NCBI RefSeq assembly: GCF_009834535.1
Contig: NC_045696.1
Location: 24,616,001-24,680,000 of the forward strand
From: Camelus ferus
Taxonomy: Eukaryota
Direction: 5' to 3'
DNA: 64,000 nucleotides
Made by a program: the position numbers and the translations under genes. Positions 1 to 13,800 of this stretch are shown here, one piece after another. A model generated the notes under the pieces. That model did no database searches. It was not told where the DNA came from and saw nothing but the letters and a program-made list of their open reading frames with translations. Within the stretch, counting starts at the first letter, position 1. Each line of letters begins with the position of its first letter.

Positions 1-39
1 CAAAGTATATCTAAAACCCCTAACTTCTCCATGTAAATT

Positions 40-1230
40 ATTCTTGCTTTAGACTAAGTAACCAACCCCTTTTGCCTAGATTACCTAATGGTTTCCTTTC
101 TTCCACTCTTTACTCTGTAAAAGCCATTCTCCACATGAAAGCCAGAAAGATCTTTGAAAAGTCAAATTCAGAACACAACACTTCCTTGGTTAAAATTTTA
201 CAGTACCTCACAATGTATTCCCTTACCATGAGATGTTCATTCCAGTCCTGAAAAGTAGACCCCAAGAAGGGAGTAGTAACGCCAAAGTTTTATGGGGGGA
301 AATGCCTGTGAAGGATAAAGAAGAGAAAGAAAAAATGAGCAAGGAAATCCTTCAGACTACAATGCAAGTGTGACATTTATAAAAGGAGAGGAAGAAAGAA
401 GGAGGATCATTCAAGTCTCAGACTTCAACACTGTTCTGAGAAAGCTTTGGCTAGATTGATGGGAAGTCCTTGAACAAAAGTTTTCCATTAGAGAAACTGC
501 ACATCCCACCAGAATGGATGCAAATGGTATCCCCACTGTTTCAGTCATGGAACATGGCTTCCATACAAACACAGTGGTTGATATAGAGGGGCAGCAGTTG
601 GGGCTGTCAACAAAGAAGGGTCCTGCAGCAAGAGATCTTAGTGCACATTTCGATGGTCCCACAAGTGGCCTATAAAACCTTCCTGATCTGCCTCCAGTCT
701 GCCTCTCTGAGCTGATATCGTAATACTCTCCTTGCTCCCACTCAGCTCCAGTTACGCTGATCTTGTTTTCCCCTGCATAACCCAAGCTAGTTATGAGTTT
801 AATCATTTTGTTTTTGCTGTTTCTTTTGCTTGGAAAACTATCTCCAGATCATATGTTACATCTTCTTATCATTCAAATCAATAATTCAGAGCATGTATAA
901 TCTTACAGAGGAGATCTTTGGGGCTGTTTTCCCTAAACCAGCTAACCTTCCTACAACCCTAATCTCAGTAGTTAATCCTCTCATACTACCCAGTTTTATT
1001 TCCTTCGTAGCACTCATAATTCTCTGAAACTGTTTTGCTCATTTTGTTTACACAAATCTCCCCAAATACTACAAACATACACACACATGCCCTAACATAC
1101 TAAAATGTACCTCATTAGAGGTAGGACCCTGTTATCTTGTTTACTATGGTATCCCCAGTTTCCAAGACAATGCCAAGTACTTAAAAGCTGTTCTATAAGC
1201 TTGTGTTGAATGACTGAACAGATGAATAAA
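40..1230 (+). mobile_element. L2 LINE 3' fragment, interrupted by an LTR at ~229-663
   Basis: ccattctccaca..agccagaaagatcttt, ccttaccatg / tggcctataaaaccttcctgatctg, ending in gttgaatgactgaacagatgaat (L2 tail). Confidence 0.7.
229..663 (-). mobile_element. ERVL solo LTR, LTR16A/B-like
   Basis: Reverse complement begins tgtgggaccatcgaaatgtgcactaagatctc..gacagccccaactgctgc, resembling the LTR16 5' end; TG...CA termini; splits a colinear L2. Confidence 0.6.
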
Positions 1231-2022
1231 GGAATGGAAAAAGCAGAGACTCAAACTGAGTGTATATCATATGTATATTCTGAGGTTGTATTGATGTTTA
1301 GAAATGCTCAAAAATAGGAATATTGAATTACATTTTGATGAATATTAAGAAATTCATGGGTTTTGTTCAAACTATCTAAATATGGAAAACATGTGAGATG
1401 TTTTCAAGCAGATGTAATTTCTTTTGAAATTGTCTGTCTTTCCTAATTTTATGCAAGATTTGCTTTTCACTTGACTAGGTGGCAAGCACCGTATGAGATT
1501 TGTAAAGCTTCTTAGATAAGCTTTGCTTTAGAATTGCAAAGTGTGCATGTTTTATTCATATCTAGTGATCTGGTAGGGTGCAAATAACTGACATGAAGCA
1601 ACTATGTGGAGTTTAAACTTGTAATATCATATCTCAAAGGATTAGTAATGGTGGTAAATACATGATAAGGACAGCATGAAGAAATAAAAGTGATTTAAAA
1701 GATAAAGCACAGATGTTAACAAATTTAACATTTCTGATTAAATGGTCTTGATATGGTATTTATCCCAATTACAAAAATGAACTGTTATAATTTCAGTTAA
1801 ATTCCATAATGTGGAATGTCCCATCTAAAGGATTTTTCCAAGTATATCATAAAATGTTTTGCTATAAGTTGAACTAAAGATTAATGACACTCGTATTTTA
1901 TGCTGATGTATTCCTAAGTATTTTATTGCTAAAATATGTCTTGTTTGTTAAATCAATGCACACAGAAAAAGTCTCAAGGAAATCAGTTCTTTGCACTTAA
2001 CCTCTGATATGATTTTCTGAAG

Positions 2023-2152
2023 GATGAGGAAGATGCAGAGGATACCCTCCCATATCGGAACAGTGACCCCATGATTGGAACCCATACAGAGAAGGTCTCC
2101 ATCAAAGCCAGTGACTCCATGGACAGTCTCTACAGTGGGCAGAGCTCATCAA
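2023..2152 (+). CDS. SAMSN1: SAMSN1 internal coding exon (130 nt, phase 0 to 1), SLY-family Ser-rich region
   Basis: ttttctgaag|GAT...TCAA|gtaagg. Translates DEEDAEDTLPYRNSDPMIGTHTEKVSIKASDSMDSLYSGQSSS, matching my recollection of SAMSN1 from about residue 94. Not in the ORF track. Confidence 0.95.
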
Positions 2153-2529
2153 GTAAGGCTACAGAATAAGTGACATGATCCTAGATAGGTCTGAGTTAAG
2201 TTAATTAAAAATAGCAGATTTATTTCTCTTGGGCTTGTTTGTCAAAATAGCAACAAGGTTCCAGCTACGTGATGAGAGAAATAATAAAAACGTAGGAAGT
2301 GTTGAATCTATAGAGTTGCTATTGTTTAAAATGATACATAATATATTAGAGTTATAGATTATTTTAAAACTTTTAGCATTGTAGTCAACAGGGCTCTAAG
2401 GGATATGCATCAAAAAGAACATGGTGAGTGATTAAACCTGAGTACCTAAAATAACATGTGCTGGGAAGAACTAGCATTATCTTGAGTCAGAATTTTTCAA
2501 ATGACTTGAAGTATTCAGATAACTAAAAT

Positions 2530-2712
2530 CCTCTTCTCTGTCTCTTTCCCCTCCCTCCTCCTTCTCCCTCCCCTGTTTACTTCTTTCTATCCTTTTCTCT
2601 TCTTTCCTTCCTTCCTTCTTTCCCTACTCCCTCCCTCCTCTTTTCTTTGTTTCTTTCTTTTTCTCTCTTTCTTTCTTTCACTCTTTCCTGTTCTGCCCTC
2701 TCTCACTTTGTC
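2530..2712. repeat. CT-rich low-complexity polypyrimidine tract
   Basis: Almost only C and T (cttt, cttc, ctcc units). Confidence 0.9.
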
Positions 2713-4201
2713 CTTCCAACTGTCCAATTAGGTGACAAAAAGGAATCAGCATGCGTTCAACAAGAATTTTATAAAAACATCATTTTTAACAAAGAAGTCA
2801 CTCAGATTTCAGTCACATATCTCGCTATAACATTTGGATGAAACCACTGATACTACAGAGTGCCTTATAATTTTTATATGTACACTGTTACGCATCCCTC
2901 TAATCTTTTCAAGGTTTTAAAATGTTTTTTGCAGTTTAACTTTCGTTTCATTTTAAATCAACTGCTTCTGTTATTTGAAGATGGATCACAAAGACCAGAT
3001 GTTTCAAATATGCTGAATTTTATTCCTACTTTCCTATTGGCTATAGAACAGTTATTGTGTGAAAAAAAAAAGCTAATACAGAAACATTAGAGGGATATAT
3101 TTTTGCATGTGTGAATTTCACATTTCATTAGTATTCATTTCTGCTGGAAGTTTTAAAATTCAAAATTGTGATACTGAATGTGGGTAGAATTTTATTAATT
3201 CAATTACACCATGAAAAGTCAGAGCCTGGGGTGGTCATGGAAGGGAGGGTGTAGAGAGATGGTGGTCTACTTAGCTGGCAGCATATACAGCTTCATTTCT
3301 GTGATCAGACGCAACTCATCTTTCTTCTGCACGACTCCATATAAAAAATGGAGCATCTCTAAGGATCTTTACCTTATTTCCATACGTATTAGAATGAATG
3401 GTAGAGACTCTGGGACTTGTCTCTACCATGGAACAGAACACTGGGAGGCCACACAGAAGGAGAAAGTGAGGTGACAACTTAGAGTGGTGGGGAGACTCAG
3501 AATTACTTCCAGTGGGAGCCATGCTTGACCCCAGGCAAGCATGGGATCTCTTTTCTCTTTCCCCCCGAGGTTCAAAATCAGAAAAGGACCCTAGAACAAG
3601 GATTCAGAGCCATTTTAAAAGCCCAGTTTAGAAGAGTTTTGAATCATTTAGTAATACAGACATTGGAACACACTTCCTCCTTCCCTGACACTCTCACAAC
3701 AAGCAAAAATGCTACCTTTTATGCACAGAAATGTTGCCTCAGAATGGCTTTTGGTACACATTAGGAAGTATTAGGAAGTAAGAGGCAGAGTATTTGCTAC
3801 TCTGTGATAAGCTGTACAGAAACTTGTGGTCTTAAGTTTTGACCATTCCTGATCAATAGATACAAAGATCAAACTGCTGCTACAGGTTTCTGTCTTTGCT
3901 TACATGTACAAAATTAATTATCTGTCTTATACAGGGAGTCAGGTCTATACTGTCTGCCTCTTTAGCAAGTGTCCAACCTCAAAACAATGTGCTACTGGAT
4001 TGAACCATAGAGACTGAAGTAAGAGGGTGTTTGGGTGAGTGAATAAGGAAAAAGTGGTCAGACTGGCTGGAGAAATATCAGAAATGGCTAAGAGGACAGA
4101 AGCCACTGATGGAGAATGACTGGGAGGCAGAAACAGGGCTCAGTCACTGACAGCCCCATCAGGAGGCTGGCATCCAATGCTTCAGCATTATCCCTGCTTA
4201 G

Positions 4202-4591
<390 letters not shown>

Positions 4592-4974
4592 TAGAATAGG
4601 GGAATCAGTCTTTTGAGGTTATGAGCAAAAGTTACATTACGTACATAATGCAGAATCAGAGACTACTAAGGGAGAAGAAATTGTCTACATGTTTCTGAAA
4701 ACCAAAAATCTCACAAATTGCTGGAGATGCTCAGTTCTGCCTGGTGTGTGCTGAAATAAGAATCACGAAGCCAAGGTGAGGGAGAGAAAATGAAAATATT
4801 TGGCAAGAGTCCAGCAGAGCAAATGCCTTGAAAACCAGACTTGGCTGGGCAACTTCAGTACTTAAGTCGGTACTTGGAAATGCCATGTGCAACCTGACAA
4901 CTTTCTCTCAGTGATATTCCCTCCTGAATTCTCTCTTTTTACTCTTACCCCCTCTCTCGTTATCTTTTGCTCCA

Positions 4975-5510
4975 AGGGCTTCAAACAACACAAATGTATT
5001 ATTTCACAGTTCTGTAGGCCTTACATGTGCGCATGGCTCCACTGGATTCTCTTCTTAAGGTCTCACTGGGTTGAAATCAAGGTATCAACTGAGGCTGTGA
5101 TCTCACCTGACACTTAGGATCCTTTCCAAGCTCACCTGCTGTTGGCAGAATTTCAGTTCGTTGTGGTTGTAGGACTGAGGCTTCTGCTTTCTTGCTGGAT
5201 ATCAACCAGGGGCCATTCTCAGTCCCCTGGGGTTGCCAGCCATGGTCCTTTCTATAACATGGCAGTTTGCTCCTTCAAAGGTTACAGGAGAAAAGCTCAT
5301 TCATGCTTCAAATCTTTTTTTATTTTTAAGAGATCATACATGATTAAGTCATGAACACCCAGATAATCTCCCTTTTAATTTCGAAATTAAGTAATTTGGG
5401 ACATTAATGACATCTGCATAGTCTCTCTGTCATATAACACAATATAATCACAGGTGTGAAATCTACCATTTTCATAGTCCTGTTCCACTCAAGGGGAGGA
5501 GTTGTTACAG
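4975..5510 (-). mobile_element. MaLR LTR, MLT1E/F-like
   Basis: ggcttcaaacaacacaaatgtattatttcacagttctgtagg..gttggcagaatttcagttc..cacccagataatctccc is the antisense MLT1 pattern. Confidence 0.7.
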
Positions 5511-7039
5511 TAGTACAAATAGAAGGTTTACTGCTAAAATATTTTATTGATGTTAAACTATTCCTTTTAGTTACACAAAATGCTATAGCTAAAAGGACAG
5601 AAATTACAACTTTCCTATACTGTCAACATCAAACTAATGTTAATCAATAATTATTATAAGCTGTGAAGTATTAATGTTATTATTTAACATTCAGAGCACT
5701 CAGTTCTTCTCTTTACCTCTTTCATAGTATCATATCAGAGTAAGATAAGCTGGAGAATGAGGAAAACATTATTCCCTACAGTTAGCTCTTTAGTTGTTTC
5801 TATGAAATGATTTGAAGTCTTAAGTTCAGGTCTTGGAAAAAGGATGCTTGCAGCCAAGTAAGCACTGAGGGGGAGGGCAGGAGAAGGTACGAAACTGAAA
5901 ACATTTTAACTCAGGTAGCTTTCACCTTCCCTATAACACCATACTAGTGCACTACTGCTGGTGCTGCCTACAGGGACATTTGTGGAGCTCTCGTAGGACA
6001 CAGTCAGAACCCCACAGTTACCACTGAGTATCAAATATTACTGTTTCCATCAAGGGCCTTAATCTAAAATGAAATTGGATTTTTGCTTGTGACCTGTGGG
6101 CTTTTCTGAAATGTATAGTTTTTATAAGTTTAAAGGTTAATAAGAAGGATGCAGCAGAGGGCTGCCATGCTTAGTAACTTCCCCTCGAGCTTCTGGGGAT
6201 TTTCTAGGTCTGTTTAGCTGATCCCATCTTGCCCAGGATTTAACTAAAGCAGGAAAAACTAGATAAACAACTCACAGGGTCAGATGGGCAGACTATCATA
6301 AATCATAAAGACCAGATCTTTTAATCACATTAAATTCTACAATTATAAATACAGTTTGTGTTTTAGATGGAAGAATACACATTCACAGAGTATCAGGAAA
6401 AATATTTTTAGTAGCAGACTCAATGTTTTGTTTGTTTGAGGGTAGACTCCTAAAATGGCAAAAATATCAGAATTTATAATGTCCTCTCTAGGGTAGAAAA
6501 CTGTAAGTCTCAAAAGAGTAACTATTACTCTTAAATGAAGACAATGTATTTGCAAAGAAATCAACTTTTTTTTTACAAAAAAATACTCCTGTGTAGTTTT
6601 CTACTCTTGCCAATAACTGGCAGCCTGCAGTCTTAGTCTCAGATATGAATAAAGAGAAAGACCAATTGCTTTGCCCATCCCAATACCCTTCATTCATACT
6701 TTAATCCCAACTTTGTGTGGAGCTCCAGCTAAGCATTAATTAAATCATCACAACTTAATCAAGCATTAAGTTAGAATAATTAATTAGCATAATTTATCTT
6801 AGTACATACATGCTTTTGTTATATATCTGTTATGTACAAAGTTCTGAACAGTTTCATTATTCTAAGTGAGTGCAATACTGTAGGTGGGCTTATTTTATAC
6901 TGTAGATTAATTTTTCAGATGAACTAGAAGCATGTACAGAGTCAAGGACTTCTCTCTTCCTCTTTCCCACCTGGGAGCCCCTCCAGAAATGATGGCTTGA
7001 GCTTTGCTACACATATATTGCTTTGAGAAGTATGAAGGA

Positions 7040-7302
7040 AAAGAGCATCATTTTTGAGTTAAGACAACTTAGGCTTGAGTTCTGGTTCTGCCATTAACTT
7101 CCCGTAAGCTCTTGGAAAATTATTTAATGTTTGAATTTCTTTTTCTGTAATATTTCAAGTAGTTATGATACCATATATATATATATATACCATACCATAT
7201 ATATATATATATATATATATATCCAAGAGGTATGTTGTGGGCATAAAATGACTTAATATGCAAAAGTGTTTTGTAAACTATGGGATGTCCACAAATATAA
7301 GT
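7040..7302 (+). mobile_element. MIR-family SINE with internal (TA)n expansion at ~7173-7222
   Basis: ggcttgagttctggttctgccatt..gttgtgggcataaaatgacttaatatgcaaaagtgttttgtaaact. Confidence 0.6.
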
Positions 7303-7568
7303 GGATAAGTTAATATAGTACCAAAAACAACCACATCATCAAATGCATTTAGGAATTTTTCTTCAAGCATTTGAAGTTTTTTTCAGTATTACTTGCAAAT
7401 AGTTTCTTGAACTTTTAAAAGAAATTTCCTCTTAGACTTATTTCTAACCTTACCCCTCCTTAGCATAATGCCCAGATTATCTTAATTTTCAGTGATTTCA
7501 TTAGTTCTACCAATTGTCACAGCACTAGAGTTCTCTGAAATCTAATTTATGTATTTCTTTGTCCTCAG

Positions 7569-7775
7569 AAAGGAGATATCATAGACATTATCAGCAAGAC
7601 GCCAATGGGGATGTGGACAGGAATGTTGAACAATAAGGTGGGAAACTTCAAATTTATTTATGTGGATGTCATCTCAGAAGAAGAAGCAGCCCCCAAGAAA
7701 ATAAAAGCACACAGAAAGAGCGGAAAGGAAAAACCCCAGACTCTACAGGAGTTCTTAGAGAGGATTCACCTTCAG
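7569..7775 (+). CDS. SAMSN1: SAMSN1 coding exon (207 nt, phase 0 to 0), C-terminal half of SH3, linker, start of SAM
   Basis: tttctttgtcctcag|AAA...CTTCAG|gttagc. KGDIIDIISKTPMGMWTGMLNNKVGNFKFIYVDVISEEEAAPKKIKAHRKSGKEKPQTLQEFLERIHLQ. Confidence 0.97.
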
Positions 7776-9651
7776 GTTAGCAAACCTGTGGCCTGTTTGA
7801 TTTGGTGGCATGTGGATGAAATAATCGGGGAGAACGGATCTGTGTTTGTACAGCGTTGCTAAAAAATACATGACTTACAGCAAGGGAAAAATCTATTTTC
7901 CAGGAAGAGTTCATATTTGTCTGTTATTACTTTTATTTTGCAAGGACAGGTCTTGATATAACATCCCTTGGACTAAACTCTAATGATACTTAGCAGTCAC
8001 AGTAGAGATTAAAGTTGAGAAAGCATAGTGAGAAGTAAAATAAACCTGGGAGACTAAAAGGTCCAGAGAAAACATGTAAATGAGAATGATAAAAAGAACA
8101 TAAAGAATGAAGGTAAAACTCCAGAGAATTGAAAAGAAAATTGAATTTTCTACAGAGCAGAGATCAAAAGCAAGTCAAGAGAAGACAACTAAATATAATT
8201 GTTTTAAAAGTAATTTGTTAGGAAACAGTAATCATTAAGTCCCCATGATGATTGTGTTAAGGAAACTGTGTTGTCCATATTTATAATCCAATTATTTTCT
8301 TGTTATATTAGAAAAATTTTTATGAAATGTCTGTTGTTAAATGGCATGTCCGTATACATACAATATGCCTAACCTCACTCAATTTATTGTTTTGCAATTC
8401 ATTTCTAAAGTTAACACAGCAGAACTTTTATAGTTTTCAAAATTTATCAAGGTGATAGCCAATTAAACTTTCCTTAATTGTTTTTCCTGAATTATCTAGT
8501 TGTATTCCTGTCTGCAAACAGGAACTCCATAGGCCTTCTAATACTACTACCAGTGCCCCCCAAACGGGGTACTCCTTGAAGAAAGCACAAGTTTGAATCC
8601 TGCTTCAGCTACTTGTTTGTTCTGTGACCTGTGAAAAAAATCAAGGTCTAAGGAAGTGAAATAACTTAAGAACCCACAGTTAGATAGCTACATCAGAATG
8701 GGAATTTTGGTTTCTTTTTTCTTTTTTTTCCATTCTACCTCATTATTTTTAAAAGAACTACTATATCATTCCTTTAAAAAATAAAGGGCTGGTAATAATT
8801 TCTTTCTGATTCCTTAAAACTTTTATACTTCCTGTTATTTTATTTTAGTAACTAAAATGAGGATGTTGAATTATGATCAAGTAAAATGGGAGGAATTTTT
8901 GAAGAAGTTGAAAAGCATTCAAATTCACTTTACATTTTTATTTTGTTAGAGAGAACAGAGGTTACATAAATAACATACTGACTTTGAAATCAGAAGCCTA
9001 TGAATTTTAAACTAATATATATTGATGCAAATGATGGACAAAATATACATGCTGAGAAAAGGAAACAATACTTTTCCCAACCAGAGTGTTTTATGCTTAA
9101 TAAAAGTTTTTAATTAAATAGAAAGTTTGGGGTTCCTTATGTTTATACAATGCTTTTCAACCAAAATGCTGTCTACTTTTTATGTAAATTGTGTCTGTTT
9201 TGAATTCATTTTTTAACTGACCCCAAGAAGTTAATGAGGGTAGATGATTTTGCAGTCAAGCAAACAAGAAGAGATGTAGATCCAGAAATATTATTATATT
9301 ATACTCTATTAGAGCCATTTTACTGATAGGCTTCATAACATGTTAGCTTTGTCAATTTAGCTATTTGAGAAGTGAAAAAGTGCCAAATGATATGAATGAT
9401 CCAGCTATTTAATTGATCTGTGATTTAGCATTGTGGAGATTAAAGAAATCGTCTCTTCTTTATATTTGTCCTTGCAGAAGGTGAGAACTATACAACAGAC
9501 TCTTTAAATGCCCTGAGTTCATATGTGGAAAACTAGTGCAAATAAAATAAAGTTAAGCAAAAGTTCTGTTGGCACCTTTGGTTTCCATATGCATTTCTAC
9601 ACTTTTTTTTTTTAATCTAAAGAGAACTAAAAATAAAATATTTGAATCTGA

Positions 9652-9900
<249 letters not shown>

Positions 9901-10647
9901 TGAAAAACAAAGCCACAGTTTTATTTACTGAGAATCATATAAAGCATCCTTTCCCATAAAATAAGTATTTTCTTGGAAACAACAGCTCTGGTCAAACCTA
10001 TAATTAGAAAGAGGGCCTTTTTTTCTTATTGGACTCAGAAAATGGAAGGACTTCTCTGGGTACCTCATTTAGATTCTGCAGCGCTAGTAATTCATACACA
10101 AGTGGATGCCTGCATTGCCAACGACTGGTGGAGTTAGAGACAAATATTTAGTGACAGCATGAGCCATTAGTGAGAAATGTCATATGCGACTGTAGAACAG
10201 CACAGAGCATGGCTCTGAGCTAATGAGCCTTCACGCCACACAAGAAAATTCATTTCATTACTATATAGGCACATCCTGTACGTGTTTATAGTATTCTTTC
10301 AAAATGGTATAATAGCTTGCAAAAATATTCAGCACTCACTTTTATTATCTGAGATGGTTCTCTGTATTTGTAAGTATAAACTAAAGATCGAGTAACACAT
10401 GTAGGTTCACTTGAAATAGTCCACGCCAACTGGGTTTGTAAAGACAGGATAGCTTGTGTTTTTACAATTGCCCGATCTGAGTATTCTTCTTACTAAACCT
10501 GGCTGGGCTCCCAAAGTCCTGAGTGTAGGGAGTGCCAAACTCTGCAAGGAGTATTTTGTTAGGAAAGAAAAGGAGGGGGAGGTAACTAATTTTAAAGATG
10601 AAAAAGAACTTAGATCATCTAATCCAACCTACTCTTTCAAAAGTAAT

Positions 10648-10828
10648 ATTAATAGTAATCATTTATTAGTTTTGAACATGTTCTCTGACTAAAACTTTGA
10701 GCCAAGGTCTTTACATTTATTATTTTCTTTAATGTTCTCCACAACTCTGTGAGTTAGGTAGTCCCACCATTTTTATAATGAGAAATTGAGAAGATGAGTG
10801 ACTTGTCCAAGCTCACATACCTAGTGAA
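10648..10828 (-). mobile_element. MIR SINE
   Basis: cacaactctgtgagttaggtag..cccaccatttttataatgagaaattgag..gtgacttgtccaagctcaca (antisense MIR core). Confidence 0.7.
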
Positions 10829-13800
10829 CTAGAAAGGTAGCACCAGTGTTGGTGATGCTGTGCTATATACAATTACTAACACTGCAAATAATAGCCCAGA
10901 TACAGGGTAAGGAGGAAAGCCCTATCAGGATGGAGGTCTCCTGACTGTCCCTTCGGAAGCTTTACTATATCCTCCCTCATATGCCCCACAAAATGGCACA
11001 GTTGAACAGCACATGTCTATTATATAACAGCCTTTTATCCAGCAAGAATTAATTTACATTTTTAGAAATCGTACCTCACGTAATTCTTACTTGCTGTCTT
11101 GAGTTTGCACAGATTCTCATCCTTTTCAAAGAGCTTTCACAGGCATTGCTAATTTGACACCCCCAGAAGACACCTGCAGAATTGATCTCAACCTTAGGCC
11201 TAGGTGTTTATATGCATTCTTTGAAGCTGTGGAGGATGGGAGATGCAGAAGCGAGGGCAATCTGGTTCCAGAGGCAGACAGAGGTCAAATGTAAAGTAGC
11301 CAGTCTACTCAACAGTACAAGGGAAAACAAAACCGAGCAGTGTAAATTGATGTAACAATAGCTTCCGGGTAAATGAGGTAAATGAGGAAACCCACCTTGT
11401 CATTTCAAAACATGGCTCCTTACTAAGCAATGCGACACTAAGAAATGGATTCTGTAGATTTCTGGTAATTGATAAGTTGCAGTATCATTGTCAATACTTT
11501 CCAAAATAAGTTGATGCTAAAGTAGAGGGGGGAAGAAGATTTAATTGTTTTCTTTCTACAATAACAACCATGCAGATATTTTGCCCATTTTATAGATGAA
11601 AAATATTTCATAGATGAATTTCAAAGAGGCCAAATAGCTAGGTTAGTAGCAGAGTTAGAGTTCTCATCAGACAGTCTGCTATAAAAATCCAAGTTCTTTC
11701 TTCCACACATACAAACTGGTAAAAATTAATAAAATGAGTATTTGAAAATTCAAGTTTTCTACTACTTTGCCAATTTCCCCAAGTGCTTCAGTTCAGTTTT
11801 CAATCTCAGAAAGTAGAAGCTAATATTTAAGTGAGAACAGAAACTTTGCAATAGCATGGTGCCCTGAAAGGTGAAAAGTTAATATGGCTGCATTGCAACA
11901 GGATTTGTGAATGGAAGGGGCCAGAGAGCCTCCACAAGCAGGCTTTCAGCCATAAAACAATGTTCAGCAGGGGCCCACAGAGGGAAGACCAGCCCAATGC
12001 CAAAGGCATGGGCCACTTAAAGTGTCCACTTAATTTCTTTATTCCACTTCCCTCATCATCCATCTACTTTCTATGTTAACAAAAGAGTAATAATTTATGG
12101 ATGATATCACATTAGAGCTACATGTAATTTAAAAAAAAATCTGACTCAAATTCTTCCTTTGCAAGATGGGTAAACTAAAACTAGAGTAGTCAAGTAGTCT
12201 TCCCAAGGTCACATATCGAGAATCCAGTCTCCAAAATCTAGTAGAAACACATTCTACTCAACTCTGGTCTCTGAAAGCAAAACACAGTATCTCCAAAGCA
12301 TGATATGACTTTCAATGTTTGATATAAAAAAGTAGAAATTCCCTGAATTATTCCTCCTTATAAAACTTTAGAAAACAGTAGTTGAAGGTCAATAGAGGTT
12401 GATCATTTAATAATAGCCAGTAATGTACAAACATACCCGCACTGAACCAAATTCTGGGAGATGAAATATGGAACAAATGCAGATTCAACCAGTGTTTGTT
12501 GTCAGCACACAACTCTGAGATTTTTCTTCTTTTAATCTTATGGTCTAAAGTAGTATTAGAATATACATGTCAAAAAGATGCATATTGCATGTTAGGCTAT
12601 TCTGACTGAAAGCTATTTATCTTATATGAAACTGCTTTGCTCAAGATAAAGAAGAATGACTTCTATTCGTTGATAAGATAGTGAGCTCTGATGATTTGGC
12701 ACCATGCTACTGCATGCTTATTTTTATCTATTCTGTACTCTGTGAATCATATCTTCTACAACCATGCTAAAGATTAAATGCACAACCTTCATGTGCCTTG
12801 AATGATAAAGACCTTGAATATATGGTTGTTTAAAACTGAGACAATTTTAAAACAAATGCACATTACAGTCATAGGTTAAAAATAGTTAGCTTTTGTGTGT
12901 GTGTGTGGAAGAATGGGGTAGGCAAATTGGCCAGGATTTTATGTATGCATTTTATTTTAATCACTGAATAATGTCAGTTTGGGGAACATCAATAAATTCC
13001 CAGTTTAGAGTTTCATTGCTTCTTAGGTTGGAAACTGAAAAGTTTTGCTTTGCTAATCACTCATTATAAAAATTGAGCAGAGTGGGCACCTATTTTGAGG
13101 ACCAGAGTTAAAGCTTTCAGATCATGTAGAAAAGACCACAAGCTCCCTGTAAGCCTTTAATACATCTGGAGGGCCCAAGAGGATAGGGGATGGAATGGGG
13201 ACAGACAGAAATCTAAGACTTAGAGCAAGCAATTTTCCTTTTCTCTCTCTATGGTAAACAGATAGTACCATACCTACTTTGACCTTGAAAACCTAAAGCA
13301 GATTAAGCTTTTTTAGGTCACTGCTTGACCAGAGGAAAGATGCTTCTTTAACAAGCTGATAGTAGGGCTGGTGAGTGCTGGTGGGGCTGATCACAGTACT
13401 ACCTTGGAACAGAATAACGAATTTGGGGTTCTGCAATCCCAGGCAAGACCAGTACAGAGATGTTCTGAATTTGTTCTCACGTTGCATTAGAACTGAGCAG
13501 AATTAGGCCCCTGGCTCCCTCAACTGAGAATCTAGATGAGGTTAGAAAGAGAAAAAAAATTAGAATGAAATACTCAGCTCTTAAAAGAGCGAAAGAGTAG
13601 AATATGCTTATATTGTACACATTAGATTTTCTCTATTTATCCTCTGAATTTTAAAATGGCTTATTTACTTTGAATAAATATTCCCAGCAAGTAAAAACGG
13701 ATAGCGAATATGTGTGTGTGTGTGTGTGTTGTTCCTTAAACACAACCTTCAAGCCTCTTTGCCTCGCTGAGAAAGGCCTCTTTAGAATAATATGATAGTT

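Noticed and set aside
411..806. 131-aa minus-strand ORF
   Set aside because: Spans an LTR16-like/L2 junction; no recognisable protein features.
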